The notes under the pieces: model-generated
What the model saw: the letters and a program-made list of their open reading frames with translations, nothing else
The model's database searches: none
What the model was told of the DNA's origin: nothing
Assembly (NCBI GenBank): GCA_000934665.2
Contig: KZ538823.1
Location: 62,001 to 118,395 of the forward strand
From: Catajapyx aquilonaris
Lineage: Eukaryota
Direction: 5' to 3'
DNA: 56,395 bases
Translations under genes and position numbers: made by a program
Part shown: piece after piece, positions 14,258-27,210 of the stretch
How the letters are laid out: each line of letters opens with the position of its first letter
Numbering within the stretch: the stretch's first letter is position 1

Positions 14258-15040
14258 TAAGTACTGATGGTGAATGTTTTCAAGCACCACAATATTATGC
14301 ATTACAGTATGAAAAAAGTAAAAAAAAAATATCGAAAAAGAATGTCCCAATTTAAAAACCCTATACTGTAAGTTTAAAGCGTGTAGACATATTTAAATGA
14401 TTTAAGTTTTGAAGTGTTAAGGTCTAAAGTTTTTGTCTCACCTTAGTTTGCTTCTATTTGAGCTTCATTTGTCCCTCGAGAAATAAAAAATGGTATTCGG
14501 TCAAAACATCAGACATTTCTTACCATTTAAAAACTTAAATCATTAAGATATGTCTACAAGTTTTCGAGATATAGGATTTTAAAAATGGGACATTCTTTTA
14601 CGATATTTTTTTACTTTTTTCAAACTTTAATGGATATTATTGTGATGCACCTATGACTTTTTGTGAATAAAAAATGAATACTGTACCGTATATCTTTACC
14701 AAGACGGTTGTTTAAGTGGTTTAAGCCTAATTTTAAGACTGTACGACCATAAATTCCTCAGAGAGATCATGTCATCATGCGACAGGCGCCAAAATGTCGC
14801 AAAATCGAAAATGTTTGAATCGTAGAAAATCTAAAGCTTATAACTTAGAGAAAAACTAACATCAGATTCGAATTCAGCACACTCAAATTCGGTAAGAACA
14901 AGTGCTGGTATTAATTCAACCAAAAATTTGTTCCCCAGTGTTATCATGAATATTATTTGAAGCAGTACTATAGTTATTTAGCAGGGATGCAGGACAAAAA
15001 TCCGTCCGTCACGAGTGCTTTTCTCCTCCTCTGTCGCATA

Positions 15041-15600
15041 TCCTCCTGAGACCAGAGAAGCCATTGGTGCAATTATTTAGTAGCCTAATACTTGGAAAGA
15101 ACGCTCTGTAGCGGAGGTGTAGAAGCCATTTTTCAGAATTTCAGAATTTTGTTGCAATCACTTATTGCAAAATTAGATGTCCAATATATTGGACATGGGG
15201 TCTTAGATATAACATTCCTTCTCTACATTTTTCAATGAATTTGTAAAAAAAAAATTTGCAAGGAGAAGAAAGCGCAGTATCCTGAAAGTTTTTATTCCAT
15301 GTAGTGATCATTCAAAAAATTCCGAAAAATTCATTTCTTCATTAAGGCAAAGATAAATACCACATTTTCTACAATTAATTTTGTCGTTTAATTGTCTTTA
15401 TGATTGAGCGGCCATTTTGTCATGGAAAGCTGTTAAGTTTGCTTGCCAAAGTGACTTGAGTATTTTTTTCGCTCTAGCACCATATCTTGAGTACCACTCA
15501 AACTTATTAGTGCTATTCGGATCTGCTCCATAGCAAGACAGTAAATAATATTAAACATCCGGATGTCCAATATATTGGACGTCATGCAGGTATCAGAAGG
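15041..15600. mobile_element. Degenerate TIR element (piggyBac-like MITE?)
   Basis: tcctcctgagacc / ggtatcagaagga inverted ends; palindrome gtccaatatattggac occurs twice. Confidence 0.4.
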
Positions 15601-15645
15601 ATATGGGATATGCCTTCATTTCCAATGTAGGCCTATTTAAAAAAA

Positions 15646-15997
15646 TACCCCGTGATGTCCCTTACGGGATCTATAGTGGGGTGGCACACCACCATTAGTT
15701 TTCTATCTTTTTTTCAACTTCATTCTCCGGTGCAAGGAAACAGGGACATTGGGAAAGGATTGGGATTTTTGGGGAGGGAACATGGCTGCAAGTGCAATGT
15801 CGGTAAAGGGGTCATGTGCTGTTCCCTAGGAGGTTAGGTTGCCAGACACCTCCTTGGTGCAGGTCAGAGACCCTCCTGACGCAGGTCAGAGACCCTCCTG
15901 ACGCAGGTGAAAGGAAAGTTCCCCAGGCGGAGATCGAACCTGGGGCCTTTCACTCAGCAAGCCGAGACGTTACCATCTCGGCCATCTACACCTCCCC
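15646..15997 (-). mobile_element. tRNA-derived SINE family B
   Basis: 5' half nearly identical to the 10624 copy; carries a 22-bp internal tandem duplication (gcaggtcagagaccctcctgac). Confidence 0.8.
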
Positions 15998-17310
15998 AAA
16001 TAGTGAACTTTGCAGACATGGTAGGCTACCGTACCGCAGACATTAGCATTAGTTTAACTCGTTTAACTCGTGGTTTTGTAAATTAGGTCGGATAATAGCC
16101 ATTCGTGCTTTTTAGGCGCATAAAACTGGTTACCATACCTAGAAACACTAAACTACATGCTATTTTTCGTCCTATATTGATCCATAGCACCAGTCTGCAC
16201 CTGTAAATCTTCCAAGCAGCCCGCCAAAAATCTTTACGCCCCTAATTATCTTAAATAAAAGCTACCTGCACACTTACTGGCATTACTACCTTTAACATCA
16301 TTGTTAAGAGGTTGAATTTTGTAAACGGTGGATGATAGGAATAAAATAATGGTGGTGGGATGTAATGCAGTGTTGGAAACAGGTTATCGTAGTGCCAGCC
16401 CTAGTGCTGGATGACAGAGTCAGGGCAGCAGTGAGAATGCGCCCGCGTCTCTTCCTCGTGGCAGGGAGCGTTTCCTTTCTTCCCTTCTGTAGGCGTTTGT
16501 CCCGTGAGTTTCACCATTTTATTGTCTTTTCACTACCGGTATACCTCCCAAGATGTGGAAGCACATAGGAATACATACGATAGGGTCACTTCGAAACGTC
16601 AGGAGTAGTGACGTGCCAGGGTTCTGCATGATCATAAACTCATTTTGAATTGCTTATGCAACAGTAAGTAGTGTGACACCAGGGGGGGATGATGTCTGTG
16701 TTGGAAGCCCACATTGTGGAAAGTGACATGCATTGGGAGCGAGGGAGTAACCACTTCGTGGAACTGGTGTACAGGGTCACCGTGGAAATGGCCTGAAACC
16801 GGCGTGGAACCAGGTGGATCCAACTTTGAACTGGGTGGATCCTATTTGGAACCTGTGGAACCACCAGGTTCCAGGAACCGGTGTACAGTACACTTATTTG
16901 GGGAGTGGTTACCCCCTCAATTGGGAGCGTAACACAGCCTTGTGAAATGGTATGTGACATTCAGATTACTGGATTGCATAGGCAGCAAAAGTATGTGCTA
17001 ACATGAGCAAGAGTATAGTACAAACCACCAGAGTAGCATCTCCAAATCTCGTCAAAGGTTTGTAGCAAGGAAAACAATGCGAAGTAGGCTTCGATGTGGT
17101 TTCGAATGGTAATATATTTTTCATGCTGTTTCATTTTTGTCACAACTGTAAAGCCAACAGCCAAAATAAAGTGGCAACCACATAAATGTACCTTCGTATG
17201 AGTGTGATAGAATGAAATACACTGTACTTCTGATTATGCAGGTGCCGATTTGTTGTGATTTGGCAGCCGGTAATGAAGGAACTCTGAATGGTGATAACTA
17301 ACAGATGTCT

Positions 17311-17575
17311 GGGGAGGCGGAGTGGCGCTACGGTAACAGATGCGCCCACGGATGAAAGGGTCCCGGGTTCGATCCCAAGCCCAGGCATTGCTCCCTTCAT
17401 CTTGTGCAGAGTTGGGTCACCTCTGGCTTCGTCTCAGGTGGAATCTCCTACAGACTAAGCCACCTGGGGGAGTTTACAAAATGTACTGCTTGAAACATTG
17501 CACTTGCACTTTGCACATCCCCTCCCAGTCACCCTGCCCTTGGACCAGGGTGTTTCGTAAAAAAGGTTCCAGCCA
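17311..17575 (+). mobile_element. tRNA-derived SINE family A, tail type 1 (3'-truncated)
   Basis: ggggaggcggagtggcgc..ggttcgatccc head; family A body; cagtcaccctgccc segment. Confidence 0.8.
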
Positions 17576-18739
17576 TGTAAAGCCTGAAATCAAAAAGGTT
17601 CCTCCAAAAAGGGCCAAAGTAGCCCACCACAGGGTAATTTTTTAAAAAAACTAACATGTATTGGTGAGAGCTGAGCTCAGAATCAGCTATATGGTTCGGC
17701 TCTTTAAATGCAGGCCTACTGATCATTTGTTTTGCATTGCCTTAGTTAAATTTTAAACAGCATTGTGTATGTAAAAGATAAATACTTCACTATTTCTTAG
17801 AAAAGCGTATTATTGTACATTATTTCGTGATTTTTATGCTTTTTGTTCAGTTTTCCTTTGCTCCTAGGCGTATCCGACTTTTTTTGTTATCCGACAATGC
17901 TCCAGTCCCATGAGTGGTAGATAATCGGGGTTCTGCTGTATAACCAACTTGAAAGGCTGGTCCCACCATATTTCCATATAATTATGGCATGTGTATCTGG
18001 ATATAATACCTCGGTTATAGGATACTGATTTCCATAAAGTTTCTTATATCCAGTCAACTGTGTCAAATATTAACTTTTTAAAATCAAGCACATTTTTATT
18101 GCAGTACAGTGTATTGTTATAACTATCTTATTTTATCTGGATTTGTTGATGTCTTATGAGTATAATTTGTAAATTAAACTTATCATAGGTACCGTATGTA
18201 TGTTTAACAACATAGCATGTAGGGTTTGAATTATTCGTGGAGGGGGGCATGGGACCAATTGCCACAGATACCAGGCATCTGAAATAAATTAGCGAGATAT
18301 GCTAACCTTTCTGAAATATAAAATTATTTTAAAATAACTACATTTTAAATGGCTGTCTAAATGGCCATAATTAAGAAGCAAAACCCTTAACTCTTTGGCC
18401 GCCGCTACTCCCCCCACTTGCCTCATGCATGACTTCATCGTATTTATAAATTCAATATCTCCAGGCGATTTGTTAGCCCCATGCCATGCGTATCATTCGA
18501 ACCACACTGAATCGCTGCTTCAGCCAGATTTACTGCGCCGCCCCCCCCCCCACAGTCTAGGCCGTGCATATCATAACAGCTATAACTACTTATACGCATC
18601 TACTCGGGGATCAGGAAAAACGTAGCGGTGAAGTATACGGGATCAAAAAAACTAACCTATGCAAAGTATTGCTTAGAACCCGATCTAACTAATTACTAAA
18701 TTCTCAGGATTGAGGTAGACTTCATACAATCTCTATCAT

Positions 18740-18790
18740 TGCGCATAGAACTTTTTCCAATATGTCTGCCGGAAGATGACGTCATATGAA
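18740..18790 (+). promoter_or_regulatory. Candidate CARS1 promoter elements
   Basis: ETS ccggaag abutting a perfect CRE tgacgtca about 260 bp upstream of the ATG; tgcgca nearby. Confidence 0.4.
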
Positions 18791-19044
18791 AAAGTCTGAC
18801 AAAGCACTTGAGCATGTGATTTTTTTGTGTTGAATTCTACGTTTTATGGCTGTGAATGTGCCGAAAACCGCATTCATTTATGATTTATAGAACTTTTGCA
18901 AAAAATTCTCAAAATGTTTGTCTGTGTTTGTCCGTGGAGCATGGACACGGCGGCGAGAGAGTTAAAATAATTGTTGCAGGTGATGAAGGTATGACCACAT
19001 TTTCTTACTTGATCCAAACATTTGCAGGACTCAAGATCACAGCA

Positions 19045-19563
19045 ATGACATCTCCTTCAGAACTTAAAGCATCTCAGCCGTTGCCTATTCCATGCCTGAA
19101 AATATACAACAGCTTTTCTCGCAGCAAGGAGGAATTCATTCCTCAGTCAGGTCGGCATGTGACTTGGTACAGTTGTGGACCAACTGTGTATGATGCATCT
19201 CACATGGGTCACGCCCGATCCTATATATCATTTGATATCCTCCGCCGTGTATTGTCAGAGTATTTTCGTTATGACATCACCTATGTCATGAATGTGACTG
19301 ATATTGATGACAAGATCATCAGGAGGGCAAGACAGGAGTACCTGTTTAAGGAGTATTTGAGACAGGCAGATGCCAAACAAGCTGCTGAGGACATGGACTT
19401 AGCATTTAAATTGCTTCAGGAGAGGACGGATCCAGCTAGAGATCCAGAGAGAATGCTGATAATCAAGCAAATGCTTATGGATATGCGGCTAGCTGTGAAG
19501 AAGATAAATGAGTCATTGGAAAAGGATGAACCAGTAGCAGAACCAGTAGACAATACTTGGAAG
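19045..19563 (+). CDS. CARS1: Cysteinyl-tRNA synthetase, cytoplasmic, coding exon 1
   Basis: [20 protein letters not shown] (HIGH-type motif) and [11 protein letters not shown]; donor gtgagt at 19564; the start ATG at 19045 is inferred. Confidence 0.93.
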
Positions 19564-21274
19564 GTGAGTGTGATTCACTAGATCGATTTGTATATCAGCC
19601 AGTGTAGTGTAAGGGGCTGAGTGTAGTGTAATGGCATAATAGTGTAAGTTGGTGTAAGAAAGCCTTACACCATTTAAACTGGCCTTGCACTCTCCAATCT
19701 GAACATGTGCCTGAGCTTACACTGGAATAACGGAATGTAGTGTAGCTATGCCATGCCCATCTGCACTGGAATAAACGATTGCAGTGCTTGTACTAGTGTT
19801 ACACCAGTGCTACACTAGATGATGAATAGCCCTAAAGTTCTCTCCATCTGCAATTATAAATAAACACTTTTTAGTGACAGTCCATCTTTAATTAGAGGTT
19901 GCACATGAAACAGTTAAGACTTTTGGTAATGCCATGAAGAAATGGTGTAGATGGTTGGCTGTGGAATAATTTTTTGTCAGGACTCGACTAATTCTAATGA
20001 AGAACTGTGGAGTTATCTTTTTTACTATTTACCCAAAAGGTTGAGGTCCATTGCAGCATTGCAACCTTGACCTGCCAATATATTGCTTCACTTGGAGGAG
20101 GGCACAAACTTGTATAATTTTTTACACTTCTGTAGGTCTCCAATGAAGGGCCACTAAACAGGTGGCAAAACAAAGTGAAAACTACTATGTTGGGATTGCA
20201 AGCATCCAGGCTATGCTCTTCAATAAGTTCAATAAAATAAAGCCATTGTTGGGTTTGTGTTTGCCATCCATGTCATGGTCAGGTTTCCCCACACTCATGG
20301 GGACCTCTATTTCAGCAATCCCTGGTTTTATTGTATAGAAATAATAATATGCGAAGTAACTTTCAATGTTGTTACTGGAAAGAGGTGGCAAATGTGGGGT
20401 AGTGCTAAGGCCACAGCTTATTTTACTTCTGGGGACCTGAGGTAGATTGCCAGATTGGGTAATGGATTTTACCTTATGAGAGAGAGGTTCAAGAGATCTT
20501 GTACTTGTATATTCTAGTGGGGATTTAGTTCCTCCCATTCTGTAAAGACCCAGCGGAATCCAGCAGCCTCTTTCATGCCTGATAGCTTTAGTTGTCTCAG
20601 CTAGTAAGTTAGCTAAGTACAAGAACGGCAAAGCAAAGGGAGTACTGGTAGTAGATGGAGTAAGTCAGTAAGGCAAGGGTATAGGCATAATTCAGCATAA
20701 TTCATACCACTTTAGCCTTGAAATGTAATGTGACCAACCTCATCCACTGTGTCAGGTTACAATAAGTTGTGATGGCAAACCTTAGTAAATGTTTGAAGCT
20801 ACTGTGTAGCAGAAGTAGATGGGGAGGACCACGCAAATTTATTTTCCCTCCATGAAAATTCTCAATTAAACGTTTTTTGTGCATTCTACATATTGAATGT
20901 TGGTGTTTAATTTTCTTGTGTTGCATTTTCTGATCTTGCCAAGTATCACATTACTTAGAATAATTATGCTGGCTATCATGGAATTCATAAAACCAGATGG
21001 ACATTCACATAATATCAGTTGGAGCTTGGTGTTGATAGAGTTAGGTGCTGCATATGTATGAAGTGTTTTAAGTGATTATTTTGTTGACTTCTTTGTGTGT
21101 AGGTGTGCCAGTGGAGAGCCCTTGAGGCAGTTATATACAACTTGTCATGAAGGGAAAAGAATGACCAGGTGTGGGATCAAATGCAGAATTCATGAGCAAT
21201 CCCTGCACCCTCACTTCTCATGTAGTAGCTCAGTAAATAATAAGAAGGATGCTATGATTGAAATGTCCCTTTTA

Positions 21275-22251
21275 CGAGGGTCGTTCGGAAATGATCCGCA
21301 CTCGATTTTTTTTGGCCACTACATGTACCAGCAGAGGCTGAATCACACTTGGGCTGCCTCAATGTATTCTCCACCGAGGTCGATGCACCGCTGCCACCTT
21401 CCTGGCAACTTCATGGTCGTCTCTCGGAACCATTCTTTTGGTGCCCTCACCACCCAGTCATGGACAGCTCCTTGGAGCTCAGTTGCATAGGCAAATCTTC
21501 GTCCACAGAGGGGTTCCTTCATCACGTCGAAAAGTCCATAGTCAGAAGGTGCCAGGTCCAGGGAATAGGGTGGGTGTGACAACACAGTGTAACCGAACTC
21601 GAGCTTCCAGTAACTCTCGGCACCTCTGGACTCGCACCTCTTTCTGCTGCAGGGTGAGATCACGCGTAACTCAATGCGCGCACACTTTTTTTAAAGCAAG
21701 ATCCTCATGAATGATGACATGCAGGGTGGCCCGACCTAGGCCAGTGTCAAGTTCCAGTTCATCGAATGTGATTCGACGATTTTCCATAATCAAGTCGTTA
21801 ACCTTCCCCACCATGACAGCTGTCCGAGAAGTCGACAGTCTGCCTGCACTAACCCCCTTTTCCACTGTGGCATGGCCTGCCTTGAATGCCTGGATCCAGT
21901 CGTAAACTGTTCTGCGGCCTGGAGCCATCACTTCTCCACACACAGCCACAAGACGGTGGTGAATGTCCGCTGCTGTCACACCTTCTTTCCACAAGAACCA
22001 GGCTGTCCACCGTTGGCCGTGATAGTCGCCCTCCATCTTGTCCACGCTCGTCGACCTCCATCTTGTCCACGCTAGTTGACACCCTCCCGCGTTTCAAGTG
22101 GCGCTGTCGCTGACCTGATGCGGTGATTACGGCAAACTTTTTACAGAATGTAGGGTACAGTGTCCCCCACTGTTGAGATAAATACCAACTTCGGGCAGCC
22201 ACGTATGCCGCGACAATAAATCGAGTGAGGATCATTTCTGAACGACCCTCG
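21275..22251 (-). mobile_element. Mariner element with internal deletion (977 bp), in CARS1 intron 1
   Basis: About 33-bp TIRs cgagggtcgttc(g/a)gaaatgatcc with TA on both sides; N-terminal HTH region, degenerate WVP motif, HPPYSLDLAPSDYGLF; most of the catalytic core missing. Confidence 0.93.
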
Positions 22252-22663
22252 TAGTTAGCAATCTTTCTGGATAAAGTGCTTATTTTTAAGCAGGTAGTTT
22301 AGAATGGTTTCTTTTTGTGGCTATCAAAAGTATTAGCTGCTAATATTAGGTTTAATTCAATTACCTCTCCAAGTACTAAACTACAATTAATTTATTGTCA
22401 GTTGAAACAATTGCATCGATTATCAATGATGGAATTTTTTTGTCAGACCAGACCCCCTTCAGGCATTGAAAAGATAGGTCCATGAAACCTAATACTAGCT
22501 GATAATACTTTAGATAACCAGTGTAATGTAAATATTAAAAAGTGACTTAAAAATAAGCAGCATACTGGAAAAAATGCTAATTAAAATGGCAATTTAAATT
22601 TGCAAACCCTGTGCAGCTATTCATGTGCATGCTGTCAGAATTTATATACTTCCATCTTTTCAG

Positions 22664-22804
22664 CCTCTATTGTTAATTGCAAAGGATCCAGTGTGTGAGT
22701 GGCTGGACCATGTCTCCGGTGCTTCAGTGACAAACCCTGAAATATTCACTCAATTAGCCAGGCACTGGGAGGCTGAATTTTTCAAAGATATGGAAGCTTT
22801 GAAT
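22664..22804 (+). CDS. CARS1: Cysteinyl-tRNA synthetase coding exon 2
   Basis: ttttcag acceptor, gtaagc donor; AKDPVCEWLD..HWEAEFFKDMEALN. Confidence 0.93.
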
Positions 22805-22892
22805 GTAAGCCTACTATCTGGTATTCAATCTGACAATGAAGTAAATATTAAAAGAATGGAATTAATTTACCATATTCTCAATATCTATTCAG

Positions 22893-23103
22893 GTGTTGCC
22901 TCCCAATGTACTGACAAGGGTGAGTGAGTACGTCCCTGAGATTATTGCATATGTCAAGCAGATCATCCAGAAGGGATATGCCTATGAATCTAATGGATCA
23001 GTGTACTTTGATGTTGCTAAATTCAATGCTGCATCTGAGCACACTTATGCCAAATTGGTTCCTGAAGCTTTTGGAGACTACAAAGCATTACAAGAAGGAG
23101 AAG
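22893..23103 (+). CDS. CARS1: Cysteinyl-tRNA synthetase coding exon 3
   Basis: [40 protein letters not shown] boundaries, phase 1. Confidence 0.95.
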
Positions 23104-23185
23104 GTAAAGTCCATTTTCCATTCAATTTATAACCTAGTTTGCATATTTTTGCTTTTCTGGTCACCTTGAAACCTTCTTTCTAAAG

Positions 23186-23661
23186 GTGCTCTGAGTGTAT
23201 CAGAAGATCGCCTGCAGGAAAAACGCTCCCCTCATGACTTTGCCCTCTGGAAACGCTCAAAAGCAGGTGAACCTTGGTGGGATTCAGAATGGGGCAAAGG
23301 TCGCCCAGGATGGCACATTGAGTGCTCTGCCATGGCATCTGCCATTTTGGGTCCCACATTGGACATCCACACTGGCGGTTTCGACCTAAAGTTTCCTCAC
23401 CATGATAATGAGTTGGCCCAATCGGAGGCCTATTGGGGCAAGTCACAGTGGGTCCAATATTTCCTCCATTCAGGTCACCTGACCATTGCTGGGTGTAAAA
23501 TGTCCAAGTCACTAAAGAACTTTGTGACTATCCAAGATGCTCTTAACAAATACAGTTCTAGGCAGATAAGACTCCTTTTTCTGATGCATGCCTGGAGAGA
23601 CACTCTGGACTATAGTGAGAACACAATGGAGGTTGCCATCAAGTATGAGAAAGTCATTCAG
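23186..23661 (+). CDS. CARS1: Cysteinyl-tRNA synthetase coding exon 4
   Basis: [40 protein letters not shown]: zinc ligands and KMSKS motif. Confidence 0.96.
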
Positions 23662-23954
23662 GTATGTTCAAACCACAGGTATTTATTTTTTGCAATACTT
23701 AATATACAAGCAGATTATGTGCTTATTTTTTGTGAGCTGTACAGTAAATTAGCAACAAATTTATTACTTAATTACTTGGCGTTTCAGAATTGAGCTCACA
23801 TCCAGTTCTGTAAAAATCTTGCAGGCTCTCATTTCCACTTACTCCTGTCACCTCACTTTCGAGTGAAGCAGTGAGTTATGTATGTTATTTACGTATGATT
23901 CTACACCAAACTTGAAGGTGTCTTCACATGGGTGAGCATCCTTGAAATTTTTAC

Positions 23955-24136
23955 TATAGGCACACCACCCTAACTTGCCATTGACGAAGCTGTTTACTCC
24001 CATTATTGCATGAAGACATCTCCATGGAAACTTGAAAAGTGGGAGGTTCCAGGGTTGTGTTCGGCAGATTTCCTTTGACTAGGTGTTGGTAAACAAAACA
24101 ATGACGTCAATGGCAAGCTAGGGTGGTCTGACTATA
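23955..24136. mobile_element. MITE, short copy
   Basis: TIR ccaccctaacttgccattgacg / cgtcaatggcaagctagggtgg; homologous to 24274-24585. Confidence 0.7.
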
Positions 24137-24273
24137 ATAAGAATGTGAACTCAGTTCTGATGCATTGATTAGTTGACTAGTTATGTTTTTACACATTTAT
24201 TCCTGCATATGTAGAGGAGAGAAATACTTTTTTTTGCAGGAGCTCACATGCAAAATGAGTCTTGTTTTCCATA

Positions 24274-24585
24274 TATAGTCGGCCCACCCTAACTTGCCAT
24301 TGACGTCATCGTTTCGCTTACCAACTCATAGTCAACGGAAATCTGCCGAACACAACCCTGGAATCTCCCACTTTTCAAGTTTCCATGGAGATGGCCTCAT
24401 ACAACAATAAGAGTAAACAGCATTCTTTTTTGTTGACACTGTTTGCTCATATTGTTGCATGAGGACATCTCCATGGAAACTTGAAAAGTGGGAGGTTCCA
24501 GGGTTGTGTTCGGCAGATTTCCATTGACTAGGAGTTGGTAAACAAAACAATGAGGCCAATGGCAAGTTAGGCTGGGCCAACTATA
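24274..24585. mobile_element. Palindromic MITE, long copy
   Basis: Near full-length inverted repeat tatagtcggcccaccctaacttgccattg ... caatggcaagttaggctgggccaactata. Confidence 0.75.
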
Positions 24586-25273
24586 AAAATGTATATTTTC
24601 GACTTGTTCACTCTTTTTTAGAGAAATGCCTAAATATTTGACATGTTAGAAGTACTAATCTGTTTTTGCTTTACACCACTGGAAGTGGTGGAGTACTGTC
24701 CACTAAAAACTCCCTGAATGTTCCTAGGAAGCAATAATTTTTCTAACAAGCAGTTATCATATTACCATGAATAAAGTGGCACACGTGTACAATTGGGGAT
24801 GACCAGACTTCAGAAACTATGTTATGGCTGTAAGTCGGTGTAATCAGTATGAGGTGGAGTATGCCAGTACAAAGCAGGGTTTTGTCTGTATTTCTTCTGC
24901 AAAAGACGTCAAGTAGAAACTTTTGAGTCTGCATAAGAGACAATAGATCCTTGCCTCCTTTTACCCATCAGTTTCAACCAGTCATGAATTTCATGGGGCT
25001 TTCCTGTCAGTTACTTGCCATCTTTCACAATAAAAGTCCCTCTTCCCCACCAACCCATTCTCTCAGGTCTAAGCAGTCACCATGGTGGCATGAACATCAT
25101 ATCCCTATGGCCTATACATTGTATCATTTTTAGGTAATATTTAAGCACCTATAGTGTAGATTTTTGGACAGTATGTGTATTCACATTAACCTTTAAAAAA
25201 AAGAATAGTTACCTGACCTCTTGTAATATTTCTTTCACACACTGACAGGATATTTGTCAATTTACCTCTTCAG

Positions 25274-25406
25274 GAATTCCTTCTGAGCGTGAAAGACATC
25301 ACTTGGTCCACCAAGGGACTAGGACTGGATAAATTTGGGCCTGCAGAAGTCAACCTTCAAGAGCAACTTGGCAACTGCAGAGACTCCGTACATGAAGCGT
25401 TATGTG
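25274..25406 (+). CDS. CARS1: Cysteinyl-tRNA synthetase coding exon 5
   Basis: EFLLSVKD..VHEALC; cag acceptor, gt donor; phases match neighbouring exons. Confidence 0.9.
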
Positions 25407-25689
25407 GTAATAATTCCAATTTTGCTTGTGGTCTCTTCCATATTTTATTGGCCTATCATTGTACTTCACAATTTTTGTTTACAAAACACACTATATGCAG
25501 GTAAGCCCCTAATCTTAAAAATGAACTTTAACATGTGCTACTTTAGGAAAATAATTCAGCTGATGTGGTCTTGCTTGTTGACCCCCACCTCTGAAAGAGG
25601 CATTGGCTAAATTTTGCTCAAATTTGATGTATGATTACCAGGTGCAAGAAGTTGATCAGTACATTTACAAAGGTCATTACTCATAAGTA

Positions 25690-25880
25690 AGGAACAGATT
25701 TTTAGGTTCTAAAAAACCCTCAAATAGATAGGCATTTAGGCCCTGAAAACAGTCAAAATAGGCTCTTAATAGGCGGTAAAAATGAAGCAGGTCCTAATTT
25801 ATTTTCATTTCTACATATTGGTTCTGGTGTTCTGCCTACAGAATAAAAAGTAGGTAGAAACCTAGAAATCCATTCTCTAG
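25690..25880. mobile_element. Deletion derivative of the hAT-like element at 51086-51722
   Basis: Shares both ends (taggttctaaaaaaccctca..; ..aaacctagaaatccattct) with the 51086 element. Confidence 0.7.
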
Positions 25881-27210
25881 TCAAAGCGTACAGTATTTAG
25901 TCCTACACTTTCTGCCTAGGAACTTGGGTTCCCAAACTTACAAGGGGGTCAAATAGAGGCTTCTAATGGAAGTTTTTTTCTCATTTACAGTGCAGTAAGT
26001 ACTGCATTAGCCCAAAATCTATGGCATGTGGGTAAAAATGTCATTGACCAGATTTTAGAAAACCCACATCTGGTGACTAGACTGGCATAAGGCAGGGTCA
26101 GCCAGTATAGAGCAGGGTTTTGTCTACTTTTTGCCTGCAAAGTATGCATAATTTTTATGAGATGTAAAATGAAGGAGAACATACTGTAGTTTTACATTCT
26201 CTTCCTCCATCAGTATCAGCATGCCAAATTTTACACACACACAAAATAAAACGCCCTCCCCCACTCCATTCTAAGAAAGCAGTCAACGTGGTGGCATGAG
26301 TGTTACAGTAGCCTACTTTGGCACTGCACTTTTCAGCCATCCCTTCTGCTCTTCAACCTAACTTATGTCATCTATATACAGGGTGATTCTCTCGAATGGA
26401 AACCCAAACATTCCTCAGTAACTTTTTAACTATGGTATGGTTCCCGATGAAAATTGACTTGTAGGGGAGGGTGGGGCACCTTGAGTCGGGTTTTGTCTTT
26501 TATTTTTAAAATACGGGAATACAAATATATTTCGCAACTTGTTTATTTCCCATGATCCAGTAGCTCTTTGTCTACAATGTTAAATTTTACGGCAATGAAA
26601 ATATGCATACTAGTGTGGTACAAAATGAGAAAGTTACACTAACTACACATGTCTCAAGGTGCCCCAGTAGTGGGGCACCTTGAGATGACAGTGATGATCT
26701 GGATTTTCATCCCTTTATTCATTTTTTTACTTCATATTAAGCAGTGCAAAATCAACACCAAAGGCAATAAGAGACTTCTGCCTCCTTGTCTGACCTGTAC
26801 ATGTAGGATTTGGCAAAATCATCTTCACATGAGAATCCGCTACAAGTGACTTATCTGTATCATGCCACACAAGGTCTGACTAAAGAATATACCAAAAGTG
26901 GTCCCCTCCAGCATCCAAGAATCTTTTAATGCGAGTCATAGCTTGTGACCTAGGATCTAACTTGGAAGGTACATAAACAGCTTTAGTTAATTTTCCGCGC
27001 ACAAAAAAACTCAATCAAAAGCATTTAGTTGATCTAAAGGTGGCTAGTCCATGTTCTGAATAAGGAAATGTGAAAGTTTGTGGCATGTGTTCTGGAAGAA
27101 AAATTGAGAGTAATTCTCAATTATGACCCTAGCTGGGGGATTAAGCCTAATTTTGTAAGCTGTGTTTAGCACACACACTATTGGCTTCTTAGTAGGCTAC
27201 TCACAACCAA

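Larger units (their letters stand above)
13103..14940. mobile_element. CMC/Chapaev3-like non-autonomous DNA transposon (contains mariner and gap)
   Basis: TIR cactggggaacaaa / tttgttccccagtg; 3-bp TTA on both flanks (13100-13102, 14941-14943); internal inverted repeat about 14293-14420 vs 14520-14645. Confidence 0.7.

Noticed and set aside
20188..20305. TG..AATAAA..CA followed by TGG as an LTR plus PBS
   Set aside because: No second LTR, TSD or coding remnant
26378..27070. Tc1/mariner-like end with a faint transposase C-terminal remnant
   Set aside because: Too decayed to delimit or classify by eye
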